NCBI GenBank assembly: GCA_050633745.1
Contig: JBOEHD010000086.1
Location: forward strand, 8,378-60,175
Direction: 5' to 3'
DNA: 51,798 bases
Origin: Acidimicrobiales bacterium
GTDB taxonomy: Bacteria; Actinomycetota; Acidimicrobiia; Acidimicrobiales; SZUA-35
Shown here: positions 1-9,586 of the stretch, one piece after another
Position numbering within the stretch: the stretch's first letter is position 1
Layout: each line of letters opens with the position of its first letter
Translations under genes and position numbers: made by a program
The notes under the pieces: model-generated
What the model saw: the letters and a program-made list of their open reading frames with translations, nothing else
Told to the model about the DNA's origin: nothing
Databases searched by the model: none

Positions 1-1
1 G

Positions 2-493
2 GGAGCGATGAGCCCGCTCGAGCAATACCCGGACGACGTCTTCAGCTCGGTTCTCGACGTAAACGTCAAGGGTGTCTGGCTCGGCATGAAACACAGCGCC
101 GATGCGATGCGCAAACGTGGCGGCGGCTCGATCATTAACACCGCCTCGATCGCTGGCCTCAAAGGCACACCGGGTTTGATCGCCTACGGGGCGAGCAAAC
201 ACGCGGTAGTTGGTATGACAAAGACCGCGGCCGTCGAGCTAGCGCCGGCTGCCATCCGGGTCAACGCCGTCTGCCCGGCGCCCATCGAGACCAGGATGAT
301 GCGGTCGATCGAGGCTGGCATCAATCCCGATGATCCCGAAGAGGTCAAGAAGTCGGTGAACGAGCGGCTTCCATTGGGGCGCTACGGCGAACCGGACGAG
401 GTGGCTGCCCTGGTGGTGTTCCTGGCCTCGGAGGATGCCGCCTTTATCACCGGTGGCATCTACCCGATCGATGGCGGCAGCACCGCCCGCTAG
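2..493 (+). CDS. SDR family NAD(P)-dependent oxidoreductase, 5' truncated by the window edge
   Basis: YGASK catalytic Yxxx[18 protein letters not shown]-terminal IDGG. The TGxxxGxG motif lies upstream of the window. Confidence 0.93.
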   Translation, partial: GAMSPLEQYPDDVFSSVLDVNVKGVWLGMKHSADAMRKRGGGSIINTASIAGLKGTPGLIAYGASKHAVVGMTKTAAVELAPAAIRVNAVCPAPIETRMMRSIEAGINPDDPEEVKKSVNERLPLGRYGEPDEVAALVVFLASEDAAFITGGIYPIDGGSTAR

Positions 494-527
494 TACGCGT
501 CGAGCATTCCGTGCGTTCAAAGTACTG

Positions 528-585
528 TCAGGGAGCTACGCGATATCAGGGGGCTATGCGATATCAGGGGGCTACGGAATGTCAG
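528..585 (+). repeat. Intergenic 18-bp tandem repeat, 3 copies plus a partial
   Basis: tcagggagctacgcgata / tcagggggctatgcgata / tcagggggctacggaatg / tcag. Confidence 0.85.
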
Positions 586-596
586 CGGAGGATGTG

Positions 597-1346
597 ATGA
601 GTCTTGATTCGACGGTGGCGCTGGTGACCGGTGCGCAGCAAGGTATCGGTGCCGCGACAGCGGAAGTCCTGGCCGAGCGCGGCGCGACCGTTGTCATCAA
701 CTATCTGGACGATAAAGCGGCCGCCAGTGCGTTACAGGCCCGTATCGAGGATCGTGGCGGGCGGGCGGCGATCGTGCCGGGAGACGTTGCGAACACCGCC
801 GATGTGGCCAACATGGTTGACATCGCGGAGTCGTTGGGCGGGATCAATCTGCTGGTCAACAATGCCGGCATCTTTCCCCGCGTCGAATTCTTGGAGATGA
901 CCGAAGACGACTGGGATTCCGTCTTTGCGGTCAACCTCCGTGGCATGTTTCTCTGCGCACAGGCCGCGGCCAAACACATGGTTAGGGCTGGCCGGGGCGG
1001 GTCGATTATCAACCTCGCCTCGTCGGCTGCGCATACCGGGCCGCCGCTCGGCGTGCACTATGGATCGACCAAGGCAGGAGTGGTCGGCTTCACGCGGTCC
1101 TTGGCCTCGGCGCTAAGCCCTCACGGTATTCGCGCTAATGCAGTCGCTCCTGGGCTGACCGATACCGCCCAACCTCGCTACGGCTTGACCGAGGCGGAAA
1201 TCGAGGCCTCCGCGACCAGCCTCCCGCTCGGGCGTATGGCCTCGCCAAACGACATCGCGACCACTATCGCCTTCCTGGCCGGGTCGGATTCACGCCATAT
1301 AACCGGCCAACTGCTACACGTAAACGGCGGTCAATTCTTCGCCTGA
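597..1346 (+). CDS. SDR family oxidoreductase (FabG-like)
   Basis: VTGAQQGIG, LVNNAG, YGSTK, VNGG. Start moved to ATG 597 because GGAGG sits at 587-591. Confidence 0.92.
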   Translation: MSLDSTVALVTGAQQGIGAATAEVLAERGATVVINYLDDKAAASALQARIEDRGGRAAIVPGDVANTADVANMVDIAESLGGINLLVNNAGIFPRVEFLEMTEDDWDSVFAVNLRGMFLCAQAAAKHMVRAGRGGSIINLASSAAHTGPPLGVHYGSTKAGVVGFTRSLASALSPHGIRANAVAPGLTDTAQPRYGLTEAEIEASATSLPLGRMASPNDIATTIAFLAGSDSRHITGQLLHVNGGQFFA

Positions 1347-1406
1347 GTTCTCTGCCCTCCCCTGGGCTGTTGACCTCGTCAGGCGACACAACATAGGTTC
1401 TGTTGG

Positions 1407-2603
1407 GTGCCAGACACCGATACTGCGACCAACGCCATGACCCACGAAGAGTTGATGGCTTGGGCCGAGTCGATGGTCGCCCCGCTCAGTGAACGAGCGT
1501 CTGAAGCGGAGCAACTGCGAGAGCTCCCGCAGGCCACCATCGATGACGTCGAACGGGCCGGCGTGTTCAAGATGGTCGTGCCTTCCGAGCTTGGCGGTTG
1601 GGGCCTCGGGCTGCGGGCGCTCGCTGACTCGACCCGGGTTTTGGCCCATGGCTGCATGTCGTCGGCGTGGACCCTATCGTTTCTCGTATTGCACAACTGG
1701 TTCATCGTTCGCGGCCCCCGCGAGCTGCGGGAGGACGTGTTCGGCGATCGGTCCTACGCCATGATCCCCTGCCCGCTCGCCCCCACCGGCACCGCCACGC
1801 CAGTCGTTGGTGGCTATGAACTGAACGGTCGCTGGCAGTGGGCCACCGGAGTGCAGCACGGCAACTGGGTCATGGTCAGCGCCATGGTTGAACGGGATGG
1901 CGGGCCGCAGCCGATGTTCTGTCTCGCTCCTATCGCCGACGTCGAGATCGACGATGTCTGGCACACCTCGGGCATGCGCGGCACCGGCAGCAACGACGTC
2001 ATCGCCGAGTCGGTTCATATTCCCGAACACCGCACCATGTCGGCCACCGATCTCCGCGGTGACAATCCCCCTGGCTCTCAGTGGAGCGACAACCCTTTCG
2101 TGCGCTACCCGATGACCCCGGTGCTAACCCTGGTCGCCGCCGCCCCAGCCCTCGGCGGCGCCGAAGCGGCCGTCGATTTTTTCAAGACCTACACCAAGTC
2201 ACGAGTGCTGCCGTACTCCCTCGGCGACCGGCAGGCCGAACAGGGCGCCTCCCAGGCACGCCTAGCGGAGGCCATCGCCACCATCCGAGCGGCACGCCTC
2301 GTCTGGCAAGACGCTCTCGACCAGCTCTGCGACACCTACAACACCGGCACCGTGCTCGATCGGGCCGAACGCAGCCGCTTCCGGCTCGCCGCAGCCCACA
2401 CGGTGCGGCTCTCCCTGGAGGCGGTCAGCATCGTGCTCGAAGGATCTGGAGCTTCGGTGCATTTCGAATCGTCGCCGCTGCAGCGGATCTACCGCGACCT
2501 GGTCACGCTCAAGGGGCACGTCGTATTCGACTGGGACCGGACCACTCAACTCGTTGGCAAGCTCGAAGCTGGCATCGACCCCTCTCCTACCGACATGCTC
2601 TGA
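1407..2603 (+). CDS. Acyl-CoA dehydrogenase-fold flavin-dependent monooxygenase, oxygenase subunit (HsaA/HpaH-like)
   Basis: AEQLRELP...VPSELGG, GRWQWATG, WHTSGMRGTGSND, SGAS..F..SPLQRIYRD. GTG start is preceded by a TAGGTT -10-like hexamer. Confidence 0.88.
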   Translation: MPDTDTATNAMTHEELMAWAESMVAPLSERASEAEQLRELPQATIDDVERAGVFKMVVPSELGGWGLGLRALADSTRVLAHGCMSSAWTLSFLVLHNWFIVRGPRELREDVFGDRSYAMIPCPLAPTGTATPVVGGYELNGRWQWATGVQHGNWVMVSAMVERDGGPQPMFCLAPIADVEIDDVWHTSGMRGTGSNDVIAESVHIPEHRTMSATDLRGDNPPGSQWSDNPFVRYPMTPVLTLVAAAPALGGAEAAVDFFKTYTKSRVLPYSLGDRQAEQGASQARLAEAIATIRAARLVWQDALDQLCDTYNTGTVLDRAERSRFRLAAAHTVRLSLEAVSIVLEGSGASVHFESSPLQRIYRDLVTLKGHVVFDWDRTTQLVGKLEAGIDPSPTDML

Positions 2604-2745
2604 GCTCATCGTCGCGTCTTCCCGCTCAGCTCCAGGTCCAGCAGCCAACGGGCATCGTGAGTTTGCCAGCACGTCCGGACCAGGGGAACTACGATTCTTG
2701 TGTTCGTCTGCATCGCCCGCTAGATGCAGCCATCGAGGAGGGACG

Positions 2746-3474
2746 ATGAGATCGGTACGATCGCTTTTGCTCTGGTTTGGCGTCGTCGCCCTGCTGCTCA
2801 GCGCATGCGGCAGCAGCTCCGACGACGGTGAGGAATCCGAGGCGTCGGAAACCAGCGCGGCCGCACAAACGACGGCTACCACTGCGCCGCAGACAACCAG
2901 CGAGTCGCCACCTTCGGAGTCGACGACAACCACCGAGTCGAGCACCACTACAGAATCGCCGGCTACCACTGTCGGCGAAACGACGACGGTGGTCACTTCC
3001 GAGGCTGGTCTCCCGGCAACCCCGGTCGCCGCGTTTCTTTCGCAGGCCTACCTGTTCGGATCGGAGCAGGGGTTACCAACCGCCGATCAGCTCCCGTTCC
3101 CCGTCAACACCGTCACCGCTCATTGGTATCAGAGCGACGGCTTTTATGTGGTGGTTTACGGGGCGCTCGATCCCTCGCTCGTGGTGTGTCCCGGCAACTC
3201 GCTCCAGACAGCGTCCGCCTTCGTCAACGTCTCCAACGCGCCTATGAACGGAGCGGACTGCTCCTTCGCTCCGACGGTGGCCGAAGCCCCGAGCGGTGTC
3301 GTGACTTGCAACCGCATGGTTTCCTACGTGACCCTCATTCCGGCAGGTACCGAGGGCGTCTTATTCGGAACCATCGAGATGATGAGCGACGGGTTGGGAA
3401 TCGGGCTGACCGGCCAAGCTCCCACCGACCCGGCCAACACCCCCGAAATCGCACGGGAACTGATCGACTGCTAA
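2746..3474 (+). CDS. Hypothetical lipoprotein with Ser/Thr/Glu-rich linker
   Basis: GAGGAGG RBS, then MRSVRSLLLWFGVVALLLSAC (lipobox LSAC), a low-complexity TTT/ESS linker and a Cys-containing C-terminal domain. Confidence 0.8.
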   Translation: MRSVRSLLLWFGVVALLLSACGSSSDDGEESEASETSAAAQTTATTAPQTTSESPPSESTTTTESSTTTESPATTVGETTTVVTSEAGLPATPVAAFLSQAYLFGSEQGLPTADQLPFPVNTVTAHWYQSDGFYVVVYGALDPSLVVCPGNSLQTASAFVNVSNAPMNGADCSFAPTVAEAPSGVVTCNRMVSYVTLIPAGTEGVLFGTIEMMSDGLGIGLTGQAPTDPANTPEIARELIDC

Positions 3475-3557
3475 CCGCCGACCACACTTCACGAAACCCT
3501 TAGGGCCGTCCGCTGCTGGCCATTGGAGCTGAGATGCAGCTCCGGCATACTTGGGAC

Positions 3558-4358
3558 GTGACTCGACTTACGATCGTCAGCGACAGCCACCTCTCGCCGC
3601 GAACCCCCGAAGCCGACGCCAACTGGACAGCCATCGTCGATCACCTGGCCGCCGCCAAGCCCGACCTAGTGATACACACCGGCGACATCAGTCTCGATGG
3701 CACCCACCGCAAAGAAGACCTTGAGCATGCAAAGGCCCAGCTCGATCGACTCGCCGCTCCGTGGCGGGCGATCCCCGGCAATCACGACGTGGGCGAAACC
3801 GCCGAGGTGGCTGCTTCAATCGTTGACGAACGTCGAAAAACATACGAAACCATCTTCGGCGAACGATGGTGGACCATCGACGTCGATGGCTGGCGGCTCA
3901 TCGGAATAGATAGCCAGGAGCTGCTCAACAGCGACGCCGCAGCTGAACCATCCTGGGCCTGGTTGGAAACCGCTCTCGACAGCGAGCTGCGGCTGGCCGT
4001 CTTCCAGCACCGCCCTCTTCGAACGCTCGAAGCGACCGAGATCGACACCCCCCGGCGATACATTATCGAGCCGGCCCGTTCTCGCTTAGAGACGCTCCTG
4101 CAAGACGCTGGGGTCGAACTCCTCGTGAGCGGACATGTTCACCAATGGCGATCGGTGGATGTTGCCGGCATGAGGCATCTCTGGGCTCCATCGAGCTGGG
4201 CCACCATGTCTGACGACTACCAGCCGGTCATCGGTCAGAAGACCGTCGGCCTGGTTGAGGTCGATCTCGATCGACACACTGAAGCCGCGCTCGTTGTGCC
4301 GTCGGCGATCGGTCAAGAGGTCGTCGGCGTGACGATCCCCGTCCCGTACGACCACTAG
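3558..4358 (+). CDS. Calcineurin-like metallophosphoesterase (CpdA/Icc-like)
   Basis: SDSH, HTGD, GNHD, QH, GHVH motifs. GTG 3558 preferred because CATACT lies 6 nt upstream; alternative start 3534. Confidence 0.9.
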   Translation: MTRLTIVSDSHLSPRTPEADANWTAIVDHLAAAKPDLVIHTGDISLDGTHRKEDLEHAKAQLDRLAAPWRAIPGNHDVGETAEVAASIVDERRKTYETIFGERWWTIDVDGWRLIGIDSQELLNSDAAAEPSWAWLETALDSELRLAVFQHRPLRTLEATEIDTPRRYIIEPARSRLETLLQDAGVELLVSGHVHQWRSVDVAGMRHLWAPSSWATMSDDYQPVIGQKTVGLVEVDLDRHTEAALVVPSAIGQEVVGVTIPVPYDH

Positions 4359-4387
4359 CGCACGTCACATAGGAAGAGGATCGAAGT

Positions 4388-5002
4388 ATGTCCGAAGACC
4401 GGTTGTCAATGCCGTTGGGCGAAGCGATCTACTCGCTGCGAGCCATCCGCAAGCTGAAGCCCGATCCCATTCCAGACGCCGACCTTGAGGCCATTCTGGA
4501 GGCCACAATCAAGGCCCCGAACGGCGGCAACATGCAGCCGTGGCACTTTCTAGCGGTACGCGACCCGGAGCTGCGCAAGCAGTTCGCTCCCCTCTATCAC
4601 GAAGCTTGGTGGGCCAAGCGGCGAGATTCCGGATACCACACTCCCGAGGATCTCCCAGACAACTACCGCTCGGCGATGGGTCTGGCCGATGAGATCGGCA
4701 GCGCTCCTGTTCTCGTGTTCATTTGCGCCATGGCCAAGGGAGCAGCAGCCGCCAACTCGATCATCCCGTCGGCCCAGAATCTTCTGCTGGCGGCCCGCGC
4801 TCTCGGCGTCGGCGGCACGATCACGACGCTGCATCCGACGGTTGAAGAAAGAGTGCACGAACTCTTCGAAATCCCCGAGACGGTGCAGATCGTCTACTGC
4901 ATTCCGCTTGGGTACCCTCGCGGTCGATTTGGCCCGACGACACGCAAACCTCTGAGCGAGGTCAGCTCCTACGACAAATGGGGCCAGCGCCCGCCGGAGT
5001 AA
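4388..5002 (+). CDS. Nitroreductase family protein
   Basis: RAIRKLKPDPIP, APNGGNMQPWHF, QNLLLAARALGVG, IPLGYP. Confidence 0.92.
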   Translation: MSEDRLSMPLGEAIYSLRAIRKLKPDPIPDADLEAILEATIKAPNGGNMQPWHFLAVRDPELRKQFAPLYHEAWWAKRRDSGYHTPEDLPDNYRSAMGLADEIGSAPVLVFICAMAKGAAAANSIIPSAQNLLLAARALGVGGTITTLHPTVEERVHELFEIPETVQIVYCIPLGYPRGRFGPTTRKPLSEVSSYDKWGQRPPE

Positions 5003-5008
5003 GAGGCC

Positions 5009-5275
5009 TTAGCGGGTTCCGGCCACCACCGTTGCACCGTTGGCGCCGGTTTGTTCGCAGTGCACCGTGCCGGCGACGACCTCGCACCAATCGCCGGACT
5101 TCAGGACTTTGGTTTCGTCTTCCAGCACGACCCGAAATTCGCCGTCGGTCACCATCAACAGGGCCGAAAAATCGTGGGTGTGGAACTCGCCGTCAGCATT
5201 CGCTTCCCAGACCTTTGTGGTCGGCTCGCCATAACCAGCGGCCGAAAGCTTGGCCCCAAATTCATCCTCTGTCAT
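5009..5275 (-). CDS. Small cupin domain protein
   Basis: HTHDF...GEF...GD...AGTVHCE cupin metal motifs. TAGTCT lies 6 nt upstream of the ATG. Confidence 0.85.
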   Translation of the reverse strand: MTEDEFGAKLSAAGYGEPTTKVWEANADGEFHTHDFSALLMVTDGEFRVVLEDETKVLKSGDWCEVVAGTVHCEQTGANGATVVAGTR

Positions 5276-5376
5276 GGGCAGAGACTATTCCAGAGTCACG
5301 ATCTCGGGCCACTCTCACTTGCCTCACCGGGCACCTGTCGACCAGATTGGCGGTACCGAGTTGAAGGGACGAATCC

Positions 5377-6471
5377 ATGGTGAAAGCAGCAGCCGCAGTT
5401 CTTCGTGAGGTCGGTGCCGACCTCACGATCGAACAGATCGATCTCGATGACCCAGCGCCAAACGAGGTCCTGGTGCGCACCGTCGCCTGCGGCGTGTGCC
5501 ACAGCGACCTGCACTTCATGCAGGGCTCGATCGGGGGGCCGACACCGACGGTACCGGGCCACGAACCAGCGGGAATCGTCGAGGCAATCGGTGCTGATGT
5601 TTCGTCGGTGGTCGTCGGCGACCACGTCATCGCCTGCACGTCGATGTTCTGCGGGAGCTGCAAGCAGTGCATGTTCGGCCGCACCCACCTGTGTACCGAT
5701 CGGGCGTACTGCATGCGTCCAAAGGGCGCCGACCCGCGACTCTCGCTCGATGGTGAACCGCTCAAGCAGTTCGCCGATCTGTCCGGCTTCAGCGAAATGA
5801 TGCTGCTTCACGAGCGGGCGGTGGTGAAGGTCGACGACGACATTCCGCTCGACCGGGCGGCTCTGGTCGGCTGCGCGGTTACCACCGGCGTCGGCGCGGC
5901 GCTGAACACCGCCAAGGTCGAGCCAGGGTCATCGGTCGCGGTATTCGGTTGCGGCGGCGTTGGCGCATCGGTGATCCAGGGAGCCCGCCTCGCCGGAGCC
6001 CGCCAGATCATCGCCATCGATCTCCTGCCATCGAAACTCGAAAGTGCTCGTCACTTCGGAGCCACCCACACCATCCTGCCGGGCGAAGATTCGATCGTGC
6101 GGGAGATCAAGAAGCTGAGCGGTGGTGGCGTCGACTTTGCTTTCGACGCCGTCGGAAACGTAGACCTCGCCGCCAGCTGTTTCTACGCCCTGGCTCCGAG
6201 GGGCAAGGCGGTCATCGTCGGCGCCATCCCTCAGGGCCAGACGCTAAATCTGCAGCCCGGCCACTTCTATGTCGAAAAGATGATCACCGGTTCGATTATG
6301 GGATCCAATCGTTTCCACATCGATGCTCCCCACTACCTCGAGCTCTACCGGCAGGGTCGCCTCGACCTCGACGCCATGATCAGCGCCCGACGACCGCTCG
6401 ACGAAATCGATCTGGCCCTCGCCGATCTCGAGGCCGGAGAGGTGACTCGAACGGTAATCACCTTCGACTAG
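5377..6471 (+). CDS. Zn-dependent alcohol dehydrogenase (class III/AdhC-like MDR)
   Basis: GVCHSD, GHE, CGSCKQC structural Zn site, GCAVTTG, GCGGVG. Confidence 0.95.
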   Translation: MVKAAAAVLREVGADLTIEQIDLDDPAPNEVLVRTVACGVCHSDLHFMQGSIGGPTPTVPGHEPAGIVEAIGADVSSVVVGDHVIACTSMFCGSCKQCMFGRTHLCTDRAYCMRPKGADPRLSLDGEPLKQFADLSGFSEMMLLHERAVVKVDDDIPLDRAALVGCAVTTGVGAALNTAKVEPGSSVAVFGCGGVGASVIQGARLAGARQIIAIDLLPSKLESARHFGATHTILPGEDSIVREIKKLSGGGVDFAFDAVGNVDLAASCFYALAPRGKAVIVGAIPQGQTLNLQPGHFYVEKMITGSIMGSNRFHIDAPHYLELYRQGRLDLDAMISARRPLDEIDLALADLEAGEVTRTVITFD

Positions 6472-6534
6472 ACCGGTCTGGCTCCGATTGGTCTGCCGGG
6501 TTAGGGTTTTGCCACGCAACCACGGGAGACGACC

Positions 6535-7674
6535 ATGATCCCTGCAGGCATTATCTCGGCTGACGGCCACGTCTGCGAGCCGCCAAATTGCTACGTCGAT
6601 TACATCGACCCGAAGTATCGCGACGACGCTCCCAGGGTTGTTGAGCAACCCGACGGCACCGAGGCCTTCGTGGTGCCCGGCATGAAACGACCCATCGCCC
6701 TCGGCTTTGTCGATGGCGCTGGCTTCGGACCGAGAGAGCGGAAGCAGCGAGCCAAGACCATGCGCTTCTCCGACGTGCGCCCTGCCGCCTACCTCGGCCG
6801 AGAACGCCTGGCGTTCATGGATCAGGATGGCCTGGCCGCCGAGCTGATCTACGCCTCGGTCGGGATGGGCCTGTTTATGCACCGCGACCCCGAATACAAA
6901 GACGCCTGCATGAAGGCCTATAACCGCTGGTTGCAAGATATGTGCAGCGAAGCCCCCGAACGGATCTACGGGCTAGCTCAGACCGCGGTGCTCAGCGTCG
7001 ACCAAGCGATCGAGGACTTCGCCCGGGCCAAGGAGATGGGCATGGTCGGCATGATGATGCCGGGCGACCCGATCCACGAGGACTACGACCACCCCGACTA
7101 CGACCCACTCTGGGAGTGCGCCACCGATCTAGACCTGCCGATTTGCTTCCACATCCTCACCTCCCGAGCGGGCAGCCTTCACACCAAACCCCGAGGCCAC
7201 TCGATGAACAGCTTCCTCGGCATCATCCGGGCCATTCAAGACGTGGTCGGCATGATGACCCTCGGCGGTGTGTTCGAGCGCCACCCCGAACTCAAGCTGG
7301 TCGTCGCCGAAAGCGACGCCGGTTGGCTGCCTCACTACATGCATCGTATGGACCACGCCGCTCGTATGAACTACGAGGATGGAATCGTCAGGGGGCTCAG
7401 CAAGCTCCCCAGTGAGTACATCCGCAGCAACGTTTGGGCCACCTTTCAAGATGACGTGACCGCCTACCACACGCTGCCGTTCGTCGATCACACTCATCTG
7501 CTGTGGGCCAGCGATTTCCCCCACACCGATTCAACCTGGCCGCTGTCGCGCCAGCTGATCGCCGAGCAAGCGTCACATCTTAACGATGAGCAGCATCAGG
7601 CGATCTTCCGCGACAACACCGCCAAGCTGTTCAATCTCCCAGCTGGCCAACAGTCATGGCAGATGGCCAGCTGA
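6535..7674 (+). CDS. Amidohydrolase_2 family protein
   Basis: ISADGHVCEP, AYNRW, ICFH, GVFERHPELK..AES..GW, WASDFPH. Confidence 0.92.
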   Translation: MIPAGIISADGHVCEPPNCYVDYIDPKYRDDAPRVVEQPDGTEAFVVPGMKRPIALGFVDGAGFGPRERKQRAKTMRFSDVRPAAYLGRERLAFMDQDGLAAELIYASVGMGLFMHRDPEYKDACMKAYNRWLQDMCSEAPERIYGLAQTAVLSVDQAIEDFARAKEMGMVGMMMPGDPIHEDYDHPDYDPLWECATDLDLPICFHILTSRAGSLHTKPRGHSMNSFLGIIRAIQDVVGMMTLGGVFERHPELKLVVAESDAGWLPHYMHRMDHAARMNYEDGIVRGLSKLPSEYIRSNVWATFQDDVTAYHTLPFVDHTHLLWASDFPHTDSTWPLSRQLIAEQASHLNDEQHQAIFRDNTAKLFNLPAGQQSWQMAS

Positions 7675-7690
7675 GCCAGCGCTGACTTTT

Positions 7691-7745
7691 TCAGACGGTA
7701 CTAAGACCGTGCTCAGACGCTGTTCAGACCGTGCTCAAACCGTCT
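7691..7745. repeat. Degenerate 11-bp tandem repeat, 5 copies, between convergent genes
   Basis: tcagacggtac / taagaccgtgc / tcagacgctgt / tcagaccgtgc / tcaaaccgtct. The last copy contains the stop codon of the minus-strand gene. Confidence 0.75.
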
Positions 7746-9462
7746 GCGGGCCTCTGATCAGCTGGCCGGGGAGAACGCCGGTGGCCTCGCCATCTCGGTA
7801 GATGACCTCGCCTCGTTTGATGGTGTAGCGATAGCCCTCAGCACGCTGGATTAGGCGTTTTCCGCCGGCGGGCAGGTCGTAGGCCATCTCGGGGGCCCGA
7901 AGCGTGAGTCCATCGAAATCGATGACGTTCACGTCGGCCAACATGCCAGGCTCGAGGGTGCCGCGATCGGCAAGACCGACCTGACGGGCGGTGTCACGGG
8001 TCTGACGCTGGACCACGTATTCAAGCGGCAGACGTTCGCCCCGTTCCCGATCGCGAACCCAGTGGGTGAGCATGTAAGTCGGGAAGCTGGCGTCGCAGAT
8101 AACGCCGCAGTGAGCGCCACCATCCGACAGTCCAGGCACCGTGCCCGGAGCCAGGTTCATCTCCCGCACAACGTCATGGTTGCCATCGGAGTAGTTGGCG
8201 AGAGGGAACAGCATCAGCTCGCGGCCATCGCGGGCCAGCAGCATGTCGTAGGCCATCTCAACCGGCTCCACACCGGCTTTCTCGGCTCGGCCCTGGATGC
8301 TGTGCTCCGGCGCAGGCTCATAGTCTGGCGGGTCGCCGAGGGGGAACATCTTGTGGAATGACTGGGCCACCATGCCCGACATGCCTCGTTTGCGGTCGGC
8401 GTGCTCGGTGATGAGGGTGGCCCGCATCGCTGGCTCTCGCATTCGGGCCACTCTGGCATCGAGGTCGAGTTCCGCCAATTCCCGGCGGTAGGTCGGGCAG
8501 GTGATGAACGGATGCATCGAAGACTGCAGACCGAGGAGCAGGCTCACCGGACGGATGGCGACCTGAGCGGTCAGGTCGACCCCGACCGAGCGAGCATCCT
8601 GGATGCGGTCGAGCACTCGGCGCCAATGATCGGGACTCTGGTCGTTCTGGATCAACAGAATCGACAGCGGCCCCTCGCCGTAGTTGGCCATGCCCTCAAA
8701 GATCTCGAACTCCTTGTCGAGGTCGACGAAGTCGGAGACGATCTCCATGTGGCCAAAGCCCTTGTCGGCCAGCGCCTCGGCGATGCCCCACAACTCCTGA
8801 GGAGCGTTGGTCAGGGTTGGGATCTGGTTGCCCTCTTTGTCCCGGTGATTGATCGTGCGGGAGGTGGTGAAACCAAGGGCTCCGGCGTCGAGGGCTTCGC
8901 CGGTCAGCTCGCGCATCGCCGCTATCTCTTCGGCTGTGGCCACCTCTTCGTGATCGCGACCTCGGTCGCCCATGACGTAGACCCGCAGCGCCGAGTGCGG
9001 CATCTGAGCCCCAACGTCGATGGCATGGGGGATCGCTTCGATGGCGTCGAGGTATTCGGGGAACGATTCCCAGGTGAAGTCCACGCCTTCGGCCAGCGCC
9101 GCTCCCGGGATGTCTTCGACTCCCTCCATGACGCTGATGAGGAACTCGTGCCGATCGGGACGAACCGGGGCGAACCCGACGCCACAGTTACCCATAACGA
9201 TGGAAGTGACCCCGTGCCAAGACGATGGCGAGATCGCTGGGTCCCAAACCACCTGGCCGTCGTAATGGGTGTGGATGTCGACAAACCCGGGCGTGACCAG
9301 AAGACCCGTGGCGTCGATCTCGTTGCGGCCAGTCTCGGCGATTTCACCGACGGCGACAATGCGATCATCGTCGATGGCGAGGTCGGCTTGTCTAGGCGCC
9401 GATCCAGTCCCGTCAACGATGGTGCCGTTGCGAATTACCAAGTCGTATGTAGCGCTTTGCAT
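7735..9462 (-). CDS. N-acyl-D-amino-acid deacylase family amidohydrolase
   Basis: [48 protein letters not shown]. Confidence 0.93.
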   Translation of the reverse strand: MQSATYDLVIRNGTIVDGTGSAPRQADLAIDDDRIVAVGEIAETGRNEIDATGLLVTPGFVDIHTHYDGQVVWDPAISPSSWHGVTSIVMGNCGVGFAPVRPDRHEFLISVMEGVEDIPGAALAEGVDFTWESFPEYLDAIEAIPHAIDVGAQMPHSALRVYVMGDRGRDHEEVATAEEIAAMRELTGEALDAGALGFTTSRTINHRDKEGNQIPTLTNAPQELWGIAEALADKGFGHMEIVSDFVDLDKEFEIFEGMANYGEGPLSILLIQNDQSPDHWRRVLDRIQDARSVGVDLTAQVAIRPVSLLLGLQSSMHPFITCPTYRRELAELDLDARVARMREPAMRATLITEHADRKRGMSGMVAQSFHKMFPLGDPPDYEPAPEHSIQGRAEKAGVEPVEMAYDMLLARDGRELMLFPLANYSDGNHDVVREMNLAPGTVPGLSDGGAHCGVICDASFPTYMLTHWVRDRERGERLPLEYVVQRQTRDTARQVGLADRGTLEPGMLADVNVIDFDGLTLRAPEMAYDLPAGGKRLIQRAEGYRYTIKRGEVIYRDGEATGVLPGQLIRGPQTV

Positions 9463-9586
9463 GGTTTCCCCTTAACGCCTGTTGGGTGGGGACGTTCGAT
9501 CCTTACTGCTTCCTTCTACATCGTCCTCACCTCGTCCACCCTAGTTTCAGATGGTGGGCAAGGCCGAATGCAATCGACCAGTTCGA

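Noticed and set aside
435-596. N-terminal extensions in the ORF track (also 2554, 26524, 28110, 28510, 29458, 41327, 50911)
   Set aside because: They overlap neighbouring genes or repeats and precede the family N-terminus. Downstream starts have RBS or -10 support.
9488-9515. GTTCGATCC tRNA-like motif in the intergenic region
   Set aside because: Flanks do not form a T-stem or cloverleaf.
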